Below are positions 1-11,499 of a stretch of 64,000 nt of DNA, piece by piece. Under the pieces are notes generated by a model. It worked only from the letters and a program-made list of their open reading frames with translations. It had not been told where the DNA came from and did not search any database. The stretch is from an uncultured Gammaproteobacteria bacterium. Its GTDB lineage: Bacteria > Patescibacteriota > Microgenomatia > Levybacterales > UBA12049. A program made the position numbers and the translations under genes. The stretch lies in contig CAZFRF010000001.1 in NCBI GenBank assembly GCA_964521295.1, positions 641,016 to 705,015 of the forward strand, given 5' to 3'. How positions within the stretch are numbered: position 1 is the stretch's first letter; each line of letters begins with the position of its first letter.

Positions 1-279
1 ATGGGATTTTATATTGGTTTTGATGGAAATTTAACCTACGCGGGCATTGCAAAAGGAGAAACAGTTCCCTTGCCTCGACTCTGTGAACTAACCCCCGTTA
101 ATCGCATAATCGTAGAAACAGATGCGCCTTTTCTAGCACCAGAACCTCATCGCGGTAGTAGAAATGAACCTAGCTATGTTATAATTACAGGTAGAAAAAT
201 AGCTGAAATTAAAGGTATTTCCCTAGAAGAAATTGATAAAATTGCAACCAATAATACCAAATCAGTTTTTAATCTATGA
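1..279 (+). CDS. tatD: TatD-family DNase, C-terminal part (runs in from before the window)
   Basis: IIVETDAPFLAPEPHRGSRNEP motif and C-terminal TNNTKSVFNL typical of TatD. Confidence 0.9.
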   Translation: MGFYIGFDGNLTYAGIAKGETVPLPRLCELTPVNRIIVETDAPFLAPEPHRGSRNEPSYVIITGRKIAEIKGISLEEIDKIATNNTKSVFNL

Positions 280-1769
280 CTAGTTTTTTTGACCACATTT
301 TTACAACTTACCCTATTAAAACCAGAAGAGCTCTAGAAATACTTCCCGGAATGGTATCTTGGTCCTTAATATTTTTTCCATTTTGGGGATCACTTATAAT
401 ACCCTGGGCTGTAGCGTATTTTATCTTATTTTTCGATGTATATTGGTTCTACAAATCATTTTCACTTGCAATCACTGCTTTTATTGCCTCTAAAAAAATA
501 AAAACGGCTGAACAGAAGGATTGGTTTAAACTTGCTAGGCCATTAGAAAATTTTGAGAAAATGTCGCATATTGTTGTTATTCCTAACTATCAAGAGAGTG
601 CAGAGAAAATAAAAATTGGCATAGAAAGTCTTACTAAGCAAAATTTTCCTCAAAAACGAATCTATATTGTCCTAGCGATGGAAGATAGAGATCCAACTGC
701 AAGAGATAGGGCTAAAACTTTGATTGATGAATTTAAAAACCAATTTGGTGATATTTTTGCAACATTTCATCCCGACATCGAAGGAGAGGTCAAAGGAAAA
801 TCTTCCAACGAAGCTTATGGTGGAAAAATAGCTTACGAAAAATTGGTAAAAACAGGCATTATTGATGAAAACTTTGCCACTATTTCATCTGTAGATGCTG
901 ATTCTATTTTTGATAAGAATTATTTTTCATATCTTTCCCATAGCTTTTTAAATGACGATAAAAGATATAACAAATTTTGGCAATCGGCAAATGTTAACTA
1001 TAATAATTTTTGGAATGTTCCTGCACCAATCAGAATTCTATCCTTTTTTGGATCCCTCTGGAGAACAGCTTTGCTTGTTCAAAAAGACAGACTTGTATCA
1101 AACTCTACCTATTCTTTATCGCTAAAGCTTTTGCATGAAATTGGATTTTGGGATACTGATGTAATTCCAGAAGATTATAGAATATTCTTCAAAGCTTTCT
1201 ATAAAAAAAAGGGCGAAGTCTGGATGGAATCCATTTTCCTAAAAACATCAATGGATGCGCCACTTTCATCTTCTTATGTAAAATCTATTAAAAACAAATA
1301 CCAACAAGAAAGAAGATGGAGTTGGGGAGCTAGTGATGATCCACTATTTATTAAATGGTGGCTTACTACTCCAGGGGTACCTTTTGTTAGAAAAACATTA
1401 ATGCTTATAAATGTATTAGTTGATCATTTCCTATGGCCGGTAAATTGGTTTATCATTACCATTGCCGCAAATATCATGCCCTTTGTAAATCCAGTATTCA
1501 CCAGAACTGCTCTTGGATATAATCTGCCAAGAATAGCAGGTGCAATTTTAACAATTTGCCTTCTCGCAACAGCAGCGATGATCATAATTGATCATCGACA
1601 AAGACAGGGTCACCAAAAGGTTTCCAAAAAAAGACAACTTTTATTTCCTTTAGAATTTCTTTTGCTACCAATTGTTGGATTTTTCTTATCAGCTCTTCCC
1701 GCTTTAATATCACATACACAATTAATGCTAGGTAAAAGATTAGAATATAAAGTTACAGAAAAACTTTAA
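276..1769 (+). CDS. Membrane-embedded GT2 glycosyltransferase
   Basis: VVIPNYQE, KGKSSN, VDADS (DxD), IPED, QERRW (QxxRW-like); N- and C-terminal TM helices. Confidence 0.85.
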   Translation: MTSFFDHIFTTYPIKTRRALEILPGMVSWSLIFFPFWGSLIIPWAVAYFILFFDVYWFYKSFSLAITAFIASKKIKTAEQKDWFKLARPLENFEKMSHIVVIPNYQESAEKIKIGIESLTKQNFPQKRIYIVLAMEDRDPTARDRAKTLIDEFKNQFGDIFATFHPDIEGEVKGKSSNEAYGGKIAYEKLVKTGIIDENFATISSVDADSIFDKNYFSYLSHSFLNDDKRYNKFWQSANVNYNNFWNVPAPIRILSFFGSLWRTALLVQKDRLVSNSTYSLSLKLLHEIGFWDTDVIPEDYRIFFKAFYKKKGEVWMESIFLKTSMDAPLSSSYVKSIKNKYQQERRWSWGASDDPLFIKWWLTTPGVPFVRKTLMLINVLVDHFLWPVNWFIITIAANIMPFVNPVFTRTALGYNLPRIAGAILTICLLATAAMIIIDHRQRQGHQKVSKKRQLLFPLEFLLLPIVGFFLSALPALISHTQLMLGKRLEYKVTEKL

Positions 1770-1773
1770 ATTT

Positions 1774-3252
1774 ATGAAATTACTTTCGCTCTATGAAAAG
1801 AGTAAAAACGTTTGGTTTTTAATATTTACAAGTATAATTTTTTTTATACTTAGACTCCCATCTTTAATTGAACCATATTGGTATGGAGATGAAGGAATTT
1901 ATCAGGCCCTTGGACTTGGCATCAACAATGGAAGGATCTTATATCAAGGGATTTTTGATAACAAACCACCTTTTTTATATTTACTTTATGCTCTATTTAA
2001 TTCAGATCAATTTTTATTGAGGAGCGTATCTTTAGTATCTGGATTATTGTCAATTTTTATATTCTTCTTTTTAACTAAAGCTATATTTAAATCTCAAAAA
2101 CCTGCATATCTAGCAACATTTTTATTTTCTATTCTCTTCGGACTTCCACTAATTGAAGGAAATATTGCAAACGCAGAAAACTTCATGATATTTTTTAATC
2201 TTGCTGCTGGATTTTTGGCCATAAAATCATTAGAGACAAATATTAACCAGAGATATAAGCTTTTGTTTTTATCTGGAATATTATTGAGCATTTCTTTTCT
2301 TTTTAAAATTGTCGGAATTTTTGATTTTGCTGCATTTTTTGCATTTATATTTTTCGCCAATTTTTCTAAAAACATAAAAGATATTTTAAATCCTAAAAAT
2401 TTAATAACTGAATTTAAAAATTTATCTCCAATGATTCTTGGATTTAGTATTCTTCCCATACTAGTTATTGGATATTTTATTTTCAACAATGCTTTCCCAT
2501 ATTTCTTAAAAGCCACATTAACTAACAACGTTGGCTATGTTGGCTACGGAAATAAATTTATCATTCCCCAAGGTTTTTTAATATTAAAATTATCAATTTT
2601 ATTTTTAGCTCTCCTAGCTCTCTTTATTAAGAGACAAAAATTATTACTCGGAGAAATGTTTATTTATATTTGGCTAGCCTTCTCTCTTTTTAATGCTTTC
2701 TTTTCACAACGACCTTATACTCATTATGTATTAGTTGCTCTTCCTGCAATTTGTTTATTAACGGGATTGCTATTGATAAAAAGAAACTTTAAGTTAAACG
2801 CATTACTGTTTATTATCACAGTGTTATTAATTTATAAAAATTTTAGTTATTACCACAAAACTACTGTTTACTATCAAAATTTCATAGCATTTATCACCAA
2901 TCATAAATCACTTTATGATTATCAACGCTTTTTTGATGGAAACACTCCAAATGACTATCTATTAGCAAGTTTTCTTAATATGCATTTAAAAAAAGAGGAT
3001 AATATTTTTGTCTGGGGAAATAATGCTCAAGTTTATAAATTAACAAACAAACTTCCCCCTGGAAGATATACTGTTGCCTATCACATTACTAGTTATCCAG
3101 ATGGAATTTCAAATACCCAGCAGGGCTTAGAAAAATCACAACCTAGGTTTATTGTAATAATGCGAAATGTCACAACTTATCCATTCTCCTTGTCAAATTA
3201 TCAAAGTATTGTAAACTTAAACGGAATTGTAATTTATGAAAAAAATAATTGA
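1774..3252 (+). CDS. GT-C fold membrane glycosyltransferase (ArnT/PMT-like)
   Basis: WYGDEGIY and FDNKPP motifs in the first loop; many TM helices; soluble C-terminal domain. Confidence 0.75.
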   Translation: MKLLSLYEKSKNVWFLIFTSIIFFILRLPSLIEPYWYGDEGIYQALGLGINNGRILYQGIFDNKPPFLYLLYALFNSDQFLLRSVSLVSGLLSIFIFFFLTKAIFKSQKPAYLATFLFSILFGLPLIEGNIANAENFMIFFNLAAGFLAIKSLETNINQRYKLLFLSGILLSISFLFKIVGIFDFAAFFAFIFFANFSKNIKDILNPKNLITEFKNLSPMILGFSILPILVIGYFIFNNAFPYFLKATLTNNVGYVGYGNKFIIPQGFLILKLSILFLALLALFIKRQKLLLGEMFIYIWLAFSLFNAFFSQRPYTHYVLVALPAICLLTGLLLIKRNFKLNALLFIITVLLIYKNFSYYHKTTVYYQNFIAFITNHKSLYDYQRFFDGNTPNDYLLASFLNMHLKKEDNIFVWGNNAQVYKLTNKLPPGRYTVAYHITSYPDGISNTQQGLEKSQPRFIVIMRNVTTYPFSLSNYQSIVNLNGIVIYEKNN

Positions 3253-3592
3253 ACCCTTAATAAAAGACAAAGCAACCTTATATTTGGTTATCACAAGCAT
3301 ATTGATATTGATTGTCACATTAATTATCTCAGTGTTTTTTTATTTTAGACTACCACCCTACATACCAATTTTTAACCAATTACCTTGGGGAGATGAAAGA
3401 CTAACTCCAACAATCGGAATCTTTATCCCCGTTGCGGTTCTAACATTTGTTTTAATGTTTAATATATTTTTTTCAACCTTTTTGTATAAAAAAAATAACC
3501 CTTTACTAGGAAGAATAATTTCTTCAATTAGCTTGTTAATTTCTATAATGAATTTTATTTTTATTGTTCATACAATTTTACTTATTATTTAA
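3236..3592 (+). CDS. Small 3-TM membrane protein
   Basis: Hydrophobic helices with LPPYIPIFNQLPWG loop; overlaps neighbours in an operon. Confidence 0.65.
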   Translation: MKKIIEPLIKDKATLYLVITSILILIVTLIISVFFYFRLPPYIPIFNQLPWGDERLTPTIGIFIPVAVLTFVLMFNIFFSTFLYKKNNPLLGRIISSISLLISIMNFIFIVHTILLII

Positions 3593-3593
3593 A

Positions 3594-4673
3594 ATGTTCA
3601 ATTTAAATTTTTTTCCAATACTTCCTCTATTAATCTCATTAATAATAACAGCATTAACTGTACCAATCTCACTATATTTTTTAAAAAAATTTAAAGTATT
3701 AGATGATCCACAGAAACACAAACATCCTGCAATAATTCATAAAAACCCTATACCAAGAGGTGGGGGTATTCCGCTTTTTTTAGGCGTATTTATTACCAGC
3801 TTATTTTTTGTCCAATTCAATCAAGTAATCATCGCCTCATTTGCAGCTGCTTTTATTGCGCTCGCATTAGGAGTGATAGATGATAAATTTGATATCTCGC
3901 CATACCTGCGTTTTTTTGTAAACATCGCATGTGCAGTAATTGTCGTATATTTTGGAGCAAATGTTGCCTTCATCACCAATCCTTTCGGAGGTATTTTATT
4001 TCTTAATAAAATACAAATTCCTTTTATTAACCTACCAACAATAACTTTACTATCAGATTTAATTGCCATTTTGTGGATAGTATGGGTCATGAACATGCTG
4101 AACTGGAGCAAAGGCGTAGATGGTCAAATGCCAGGAATAGTCGCGATATCTGCCTTTATAATTGGTCTTTTATCATTAAGATTTTCAGTTTTAGATCAAT
4201 CAAGCATAAACGCTGCAACACTATCTTTTATAATTACCGGTGCTGCTTTAGGTTTTTTACTATTTAATAAATACCCTGCAAAAATATTCCCAGGATATGG
4301 AGCAACGGCAATCTACTTACTACTTGCAGTTGTTTCAATAATTTCAGGAGCAAAATTAGCAACGGCAATTTTAGTAATGGGAGTACCAATGACAGACGGA
4401 TTATTCACTATTATAAGAAGGGTTGCTAGTGGGAAATCTCCATTCTGGCATGATAAGCAACATCTACATCATTTACTACTGGGTCTTGGATTAGGACAAA
4501 AAAGAGTAGCTATATTTTACTGGGTTATCTCTGCAATCTTAGGAGTAATTGCCCTAAACCTATCAAGCAAAGGAAAACTTTTTGCTATAATAATGTTAGT
4601 AATATTAGTTTTCGGAGCAATACTTTTCTTACGCTTTTTAATTAAAAAAATTAATAATGAAACTGATTTATAA
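3594..4673 (+). CDS. wecA: Polyprenyl-phosphate GlcNAc-1-P transferase (WecA/TagO, MraY/GT4 family)
   Basis: HKNPIPRGGG, GVIDD, NMLNWSKGVDG, PAKIFPG, DKQHLHH; start moved to ATG 3594. Confidence 0.85.
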   Translation: MFNLNFFPILPLLISLIITALTVPISLYFLKKFKVLDDPQKHKHPAIIHKNPIPRGGGIPLFLGVFITSLFFVQFNQVIIASFAAAFIALALGVIDDKFDISPYLRFFVNIACAVIVVYFGANVAFITNPFGGILFLNKIQIPFINLPTITLLSDLIAILWIVWVMNMLNWSKGVDGQMPGIVAISAFIIGLLSLRFSVLDQSSINAATLSFIITGAALGFLLFNKYPAKIFPGYGATAIYLLLAVVSIISGAKLATAILVMGVPMTDGLFTIIRRVASGKSPFWHDKQHLHHLLLGLGLGQKRVAIFYWVISAILGVIALNLSSKGKLFAIIMLVILVFGAILFLRFLIKKINNETDL

Positions 4674-5610
4674 CGTTTTAAGACTGGTAAGACCTAGGCA
4701 GTGGATTAAAAATTTTGCTCTCTTTGCATCAATAACCTTCTCGGGAGAATTATTTAATTACCCTTTACTTCAAACAGTTGCCCTAGGTTTTATTGTTTTT
4801 TGTGGACTTTCCAGCGCAACTTACATAATCAATGATATATTTGATGTAAAAAAAGACAGATTACACCCTTTTAAAAAGTTTAGGCCCTTAGCTAGCGGAG
4901 ACATCCCAATTTCCTTTGGCATCAGTTTTGCAATCCTTTTAGTCATATCTTCTCTTTATTTAGCTAAAAGTATTAACCCAACTTTTTTTACAATTGGTAT
5001 CGTCTACTTAGTTATTCAAATTTTATACTCGTCCTTTATCAAATCCTTAGCTGTTGTTGACATACTCGCTTTAGCATCGGGATATATCTTAAGAGTATAC
5101 GCGGGAGAGTTTGCTAGCGGTTTCCACATTTCTGTTTGGCTCCTGCTTACAACTATTTCAATTTCTCTTTTTCTAGCAATCGGTAAAAGAAGATCTGAAC
5201 TCACTCTTTTATCAGCAAGTAAAGACATAGATATTGCCGCAACCAGAAAAAGCTTGTCGCATTATTCAGATAGGCTCTTAGATGTATATGCTTCTATTTT
5301 TGCTACCTCAACCTTTATCGCTTATTCTTTATTTACCTTCTTAGAAAACCCGGGAGGATTTAGATTAAATTTAAGTATCTTAGTGCCCGATACCTTGTCT
5401 TCATTTTTTGAAAGAAAATGGTTAATGATAACAATCATTCCTGTCGTCTACGGATTAATGCGCTATCTTCAAGATATTTATGAAAAAAACGAAGGAGAAA
5501 GTCCTGAAAAAGTATTACTTTCTGACAAACCATTACTTGCAACAGTGATTATTTGGGCAATATTAGTAGTCGTCTTAATTTATTTCGTTAGCCCTAGTTC
5601 TGCTTTTTAG
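4657..5610 (+). CDS. UbiA-family prenyltransferase, decaprenyl-phosphate phosphoribosyltransferase-like
   Basis: RPRQWIKN, YIINDIFDVKKDRLHPFKKFRPLASG, GKRRSEL, SPE motifs of the Rv3806c-like subfamily. Confidence 0.8.
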   Translation: MKLIYNVLRLVRPRQWIKNFALFASITFSGELFNYPLLQTVALGFIVFCGLSSATYIINDIFDVKKDRLHPFKKFRPLASGDIPISFGISFAILLVISSLYLAKSINPTFFTIGIVYLVIQILYSSFIKSLAVVDILALASGYILRVYAGEFASGFHISVWLLLTTISISLFLAIGKRRSELTLLSASKDIDIAATRKSLSHYSDRLLDVYASIFATSTFIAYSLFTFLENPGGFRLNLSILVPDTLSSFFERKWLMITIIPVVYGLMRYLQDIYEKNEGESPEKVLLSDKPLLATVIIWAILVVVLIYFVSPSSAF

Positions 5611-6436
5611 CATATTGACTACTTATCCAACCTGTTTTTCCATCTTCTAACTTAATTTCATACCAACTCTCTTCTTCGCTAACTAATTCCAATAACTCTC
5701 CAGGCTTTACTTGCGCTATCTCTTCTCCGCTTAATGAAGCACTATCTCTTACTCTTAAAAATCCAGTAGGTGTACTTAAAATTTCAACTTGATTTTTCTT
5801 TGGACTAGAAGTTACACTTGGCGTAGGAATTTTTGCTGCAGATTTAGTTGCAATATCTGAATCAATACCTAAATAAATAACTGCATCTAATTTATATCCA
5901 GGAACTGTTCTAATTCTTACCACTTTATCTTTATAACCATCTTTACTCACCTTTATCTCATGGTCAGATTCAGTCTGATTCTTAACAAGCACCGGGGAAT
6001 TTCCAGCTAAAATACTATCAACATAGACTTGAGCGTCAGTTGGAAATGAAATAACACTAATTTGTGCGTCTTTCTTATTTTCAATTTGATCTAGACCAAT
6101 AATACTGGCTTGCGCCAAAGCTGTTTGAGCAAATGATCTATCAACAACCGTTAAAACCTTTGGGTTAATAGCGATTTTTCTCTGGAAAGGCTCAAAATTT
6201 CCCTCAGTTGGCACAATTCTAATAGTATACTCACCAACCTTGAGCATGTTTTTACTATCGCAAAGACAAAGCGGAGTTGAACCCATTAATTTATCATTTA
6301 AATATACACTCGCTCTAGGCGCAGAGGTAACTTGCAAGGCTCCTTTTTCTGGCCTTGTTCCCAGAAGAAAAATGATAATAAAGAAGATTAAGACAGCAAT
6401 AATTAAACAGAAGAATATAAATAGCAACTTTTTCAC
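5594..6436 (-). CDS. Membrane-anchored PEGA-domain protein with C-terminal bacterial SH3 domain
   Basis: N-terminal TM; two PEGA-like units (LQVTSAPRASVYLN..G.TP; SFPTDAQVYVD..G.SP); SH3b (LRVR...WYEI...GWIS). Confidence 0.8.
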   Translation of the reverse strand: MKKLLFIFFCLIIAVLIFFIIIFLLGTRPEKGALQVTSAPRASVYLNDKLMGSTPLCLCDSKNMLKVGEYTIRIVPTEGNFEPFQRKIAINPKVLTVVDRSFAQTALAQASIIGLDQIENKKDAQISVISFPTDAQVYVDSILAGNSPVLVKNQTESDHEIKVSKDGYKDKVVRIRTVPGYKLDAVIYLGIDSDIATKSAAKIPTPSVTSSPKKNQVEILSTPTGFLRVRDSASLSGEEIAQVKPGELLELVSEEESWYEIKLEDGKTGWISSQYAKKQN

Positions 6437-6477
6437 TTTTTGATTATAACTTAAAAGGTCAAATAAAAAAACCTATT

Positions 6478-8435
<1,958 letters not shown>

Positions 8436-8449
8436 AAATTTATCGGAAG

Positions 8450-8476
8450 GTATCAGTCGAGCAGTTTGACTGCTTA
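8450..8476 (-). promoter_or_regulatory. Variant CIRCE (HrcA operator) upstream of groES
   Basis: Minus strand TAAGCAGTC-N9-GACTGATAC versus consensus TTAGCACTC-N9-GAGTGCTAA, just downstream of a TTGACA-18-TATAAA promoter. Confidence 0.65.
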
Positions 8477-8567
8477 TTTATACCATAGCCATTGAAAACG
8501 TGTCAAGACCCTTGCTCATTGCTTGACATAGTGAGTGTAATTCTATACGATAAATTTAGTCTAGATT

Positions 8568-9776
8568 ATGTCATTTTTATCCGGAAAAAAGCTTCTTCTG
8601 GTCGGCTTTATTATTGTGCTTTTAGTAGCAATCCCTGTTACCGTTTATTTGGTAGAACAACAACAAAGAACTAAATCTTCAGCTGAAGCTGCTACCAAAC
8701 TATCCTTAATTCAAACTCCACAAACTGTAAAGGTAGGCGAAAAAATAACCTTTGACGTTATAGCTGACCCATCAAATATAAACCAAATAGGCTTTATTAA
8801 ATTAGTCTTACTTTATGATCCGACTAAGCTTGCTACTGTTCCTGGCTCATTTGCCGTATCTCAATGGCCATCTGCAGATGGATCAACATTTACGCCAAGT
8901 ATTCCAATCGGCCCAGAATATACTGAAGGAACTATAACTGTTTCAATGTCTGTTGGTGGAAGTCCACAAAATGTTTTACAACGTAGCTCAAAAATAGCAA
9001 CCATAACCTTCGAAGCATTGGATAAAACTGATACGGGAGTACCAACTCAGGTTACCTTCGGTAATGCAACCCAAGTACTATCACTAGGAGGAACTACTAA
9101 TACAGATGAGGGGGCAATTAATATGTTATCAAATTCTTCGCCGGGGCAAGTAAATATTACAGATGAAACCGAGCCAATAACCAGCACGGTAACAACAACT
9201 ATTACAACAACAGTTACTGGAACTACAGCAACTGAAACATCAACCCCAACAGAAACTCCTACTCCAACTGAAGAGGATGGAACTACAGCAACTGAAACAT
9301 CAACCCCAACAGAAACTCCTACTCCAACATCTGCAGTTGGACTTACTTGCTCTTCTTTAACACTTGATCCAGGTGCAAATGGAACTGCGCCTTTTGCAGT
9401 TAATTTAACTGCTGTTGGAAGCAGCGCAGACTCTACTATTAGTAAAGTTTCCTTTAATTTTGGAGACGGACAAACGCAAGATGTTACCGATTCAGGAGGA
9501 GTTGGTACTAATTCGATTAGTGTATTAACATCTCATACATATGCTACAGCTGGTAATTATAATGCGAGCGCAACATTAACCGATGTTGATGGAAACTCAA
9601 CTGTTGGATCTTGTAAAACTGTTGTTGCGGTTACAGCTCAGGAGGGAGCAAGCCCAACGGTTACGATTGCTAGTCCATCTCCTCTTCCCGCAACAGGACC
9701 AACGGGCTTAATTGCAGTTGGAGCAATAGGCGTAATGCTTACATTCATAGGGGCTCTACTTCTCTTCGCTCTCTAA
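8568..9776 (+). CDS. Surface protein: cohesin-like domain, Thr/Pro linker, PKD-like domain, LPATG + TM tail
   Basis: N-terminal TM, VKVGEKITFDV...LLYDPTKL, FNFGDG...HTYATAGNY, C-terminal LPATG followed by a hydrophobic helix. Confidence 0.75.
   Translation: MSFLSGKKLLLVGFIIVLLVAIPVTVYLVEQQQRTKSSAEAATKLSLIQTPQTVKVGEKITFDVIADPSNINQIGFIKLVLLYDPTKLATVPGSFAVSQWPSADGSTFTPSIPIGPEYTEGTITVSMSVGGSPQNVLQRSSKIATITFEALDKTDTGVPTQVTFGNATQVLSLGGTTNTDEGAINMLSNSSPGQVNITDETEPITSTVTTTITTTVTGTTATETSTPTETPTPTEEDGTTATETSTPTETPTPTSAVGLTCSSLTLDPGANGTAPFAVNLTAVGSSADSTISKVSFNFGDGQTQDVTDSGGVGTNSISVLTSHTYATAGNYNASATLTDVDGNSTVGSCKTVVAVTAQEGASPTVTIASPSPLPATGPTGLIAVGAIGVMLTFIGALLLFAL
9218..9328 (+). repeat. Perfect 51-bp direct repeat, 60-bp period, intragenic
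   Basis: tggaactacagcaactgaaacatcaaccccaacagaaactcctactccaac at 9218-9268 and 9278-9328; encodes GTTATETSTPTETPTPT twice. Confidence 0.95.
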
Positions 9777-9777
9777 T

Positions 9778-11487
9778 TTAGCCTTCAATCATTGAGAGAA
9801 GTGCTTTCTGAGGAATTTCAACTTTTGAAACATTAATAAGTCTAGATTTACCTTTCTTTTGAGCTTCTAGTAACTTATCTTTTCTTGTTCTATCTCCACC
9901 ACTCATTTTTGCCAAAACATCCTTTCTATATGGAGATATTTCAGTTCTAGCCAAAATTTTTGCACCAATTGCAGCTTGAATAACTTGTCTAAATTGCTGT
10001 CTTGGTAAGTTTTCTTTAAGCTTGTCTACCTTATCCCTTGCAACATATTCTGCTTCATCTTTATATACCAACTCTGATAAAACATCTATAGCATTTTCAT
10101 TTACCATAATATCCATTTTTACTAAGTTAGCTTCTCTAAATCCTTCTATTTCATAATCTAAGCTAGCAAAGCCTTGGGTTGCACTTTTTAAATCATTTGA
10201 TAAACCCCTAATAAACATGGAGTAAGGCATTTCATATTTTAAAATTGCGTTATTATTGTTATAAACAATATCAAGTAAAGTTCCACGTTTTTTCTGCGCT
10301 ACTGTCATAACAGCGCCAACAAAGCCTGCAGGAATAAAAATATTCAAGTTCATATATGGCTCAAGTATTTGCTCCCCCTCTTCCTTATACAAAACTCTTG
10401 GCATTGTTAATAATGGCTCAATATTTTGCTCCTTAGTAAGTCTTTCTTTAACAATTTCTGCATGCAAAAGGCCTAAGAATCCGACTCTAAAACCGCTGCC
10501 TAAAAAAGCTGAATACTCGTTAGCAACGCTTAATGAGCTATCATTTAAGGATAATTTATTTAGCGCCTCTCTTAGGTTTACATATTCGCTTGAATCTTTC
10601 GGATAAAGTCCAAAGAAAACCATTGGCTTAGGAATTTCATATCCTGACAAAGGTTCTTCAACTGCTCCTTGATAAATTACTGTATCTCCAACACGAGTTT
10701 TTCTAATATCTTTAACACCTGTCACAATATAACCTATCTCTCCAGACTCCAATGACCCCTTAGGAATTAGATATGGAGAAAAATATCCCACTTCTGAAAC
10801 ATCAACTTTTGTTCCGTTTTGTAAAAATTCAATTTTATCTCCTTTTTTAACGCTTCCGTCAACTATTTTTACAAATATTATTACGCCTCTGTGCTCATCA
10901 AAAACTGCATCAAAAACAAGCGCTCTTAAATTAGGATGTAAAGAAATTTTTGGCGCAGGAATTTTATCAACAACAGCCTGAAGTAAACCCTCAACATTTT
11001 CTCCGCTTTTAGCACTAATATAATGTATTTCCTCTGGTCTAAAGCCAAACATCTCTACTAAATCTTTTGCAACAGCTTCTGTATTTGCAGACGGTAAATC
11101 AATTTTATTAATAGCAGGAATCAAATAAAGATTTTCTTTTTTTGCACTATTATAATGCGCTACGGTTTGCGCCTGAATCCCTTTAGTTGCATCTACTAAG
11201 AGAATTGCTCCTTCAGTAGCAGCTAAAGTTCTTGAGACTTCATAGGAAAAATCCATATGACCAGGAGTGTCAATCAAATCCAACGTGTAACCCTTATACT
11301 CCATTCTAACTGGAGCGAGCTTAATAGTAATACCTCTTTCTCTAGAAATTGGATTCTGATCTAAAAATTGTTCCTGTAATTTTTCTTTAGAAATAGTTTT
11401 TGTAATCTCTAAAAATCTATCTGCCAAGGTTGATTTCCCATGATCAATATGTGCGATAATTGCAAAATTGCGAATTTTGTCTGACAT
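9778..11487 (-). CDS. lepA: Elongation factor 4 (LepA)
   Basis: IRNFAIIAHIDHGKSTLADR, ERGITIK, DTPGH, GFRVGFLGLLH, RKDVLAK..GGD. Confidence 0.97.
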   Translation of the reverse strand: MSDKIRNFAIIAHIDHGKSTLADRFLEITKTISKEKLQEQFLDQNPISRERGITIKLAPVRMEYKGYTLDLIDTPGHMDFSYEVSRTLAATEGAILLVDATKGIQAQTVAHYNSAKKENLYLIPAINKIDLPSANTEAVAKDLVEMFGFRPEEIHYISAKSGENVEGLLQAVVDKIPAPKISLHPNLRALVFDAVFDEHRGVIIFVKIVDGSVKKGDKIEFLQNGTKVDVSEVGYFSPYLIPKGSLESGEIGYIVTGVKDIRKTRVGDTVIYQGAVEEPLSGYEIPKPMVFFGLYPKDSSEYVNLREALNKLSLNDSSLSVANEYSAFLGSGFRVGFLGLLHAEIVKERLTKEQNIEPLLTMPRVLYKEEGEQILEPYMNLNIFIPAGFVGAVMTVAQKKRGTLLDIVYNNNNAILKYEMPYSMFIRGLSNDLKSATQGFASLDYEIEGFREANLVKMDIMVNENAIDVLSELVYKDEAEYVARDKVDKLKENLPRQQFRQVIQAAIGAKILARTEISPYRKDVLAKMSGGDRTRKDKLLEAQKKGKSRLINVSKVEIPQKALLSMIEG

Positions 11488-11499
11488 AAGTAGTGTATT

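Noticed and set aside
4657-5610. Ubiquinone/menaquinone biosynthesis UbiA/MenA
   Set aside because: Motifs and the WecA/GT-C context fit the phosphoribosyltransferase subfamily better
9218-9328. Repeat-spacer-repeat resembling a CRISPR
   Set aside because: Only two copies, a 9-bp spacer, in frame within a coding Thr/Pro linker, and no cas genes
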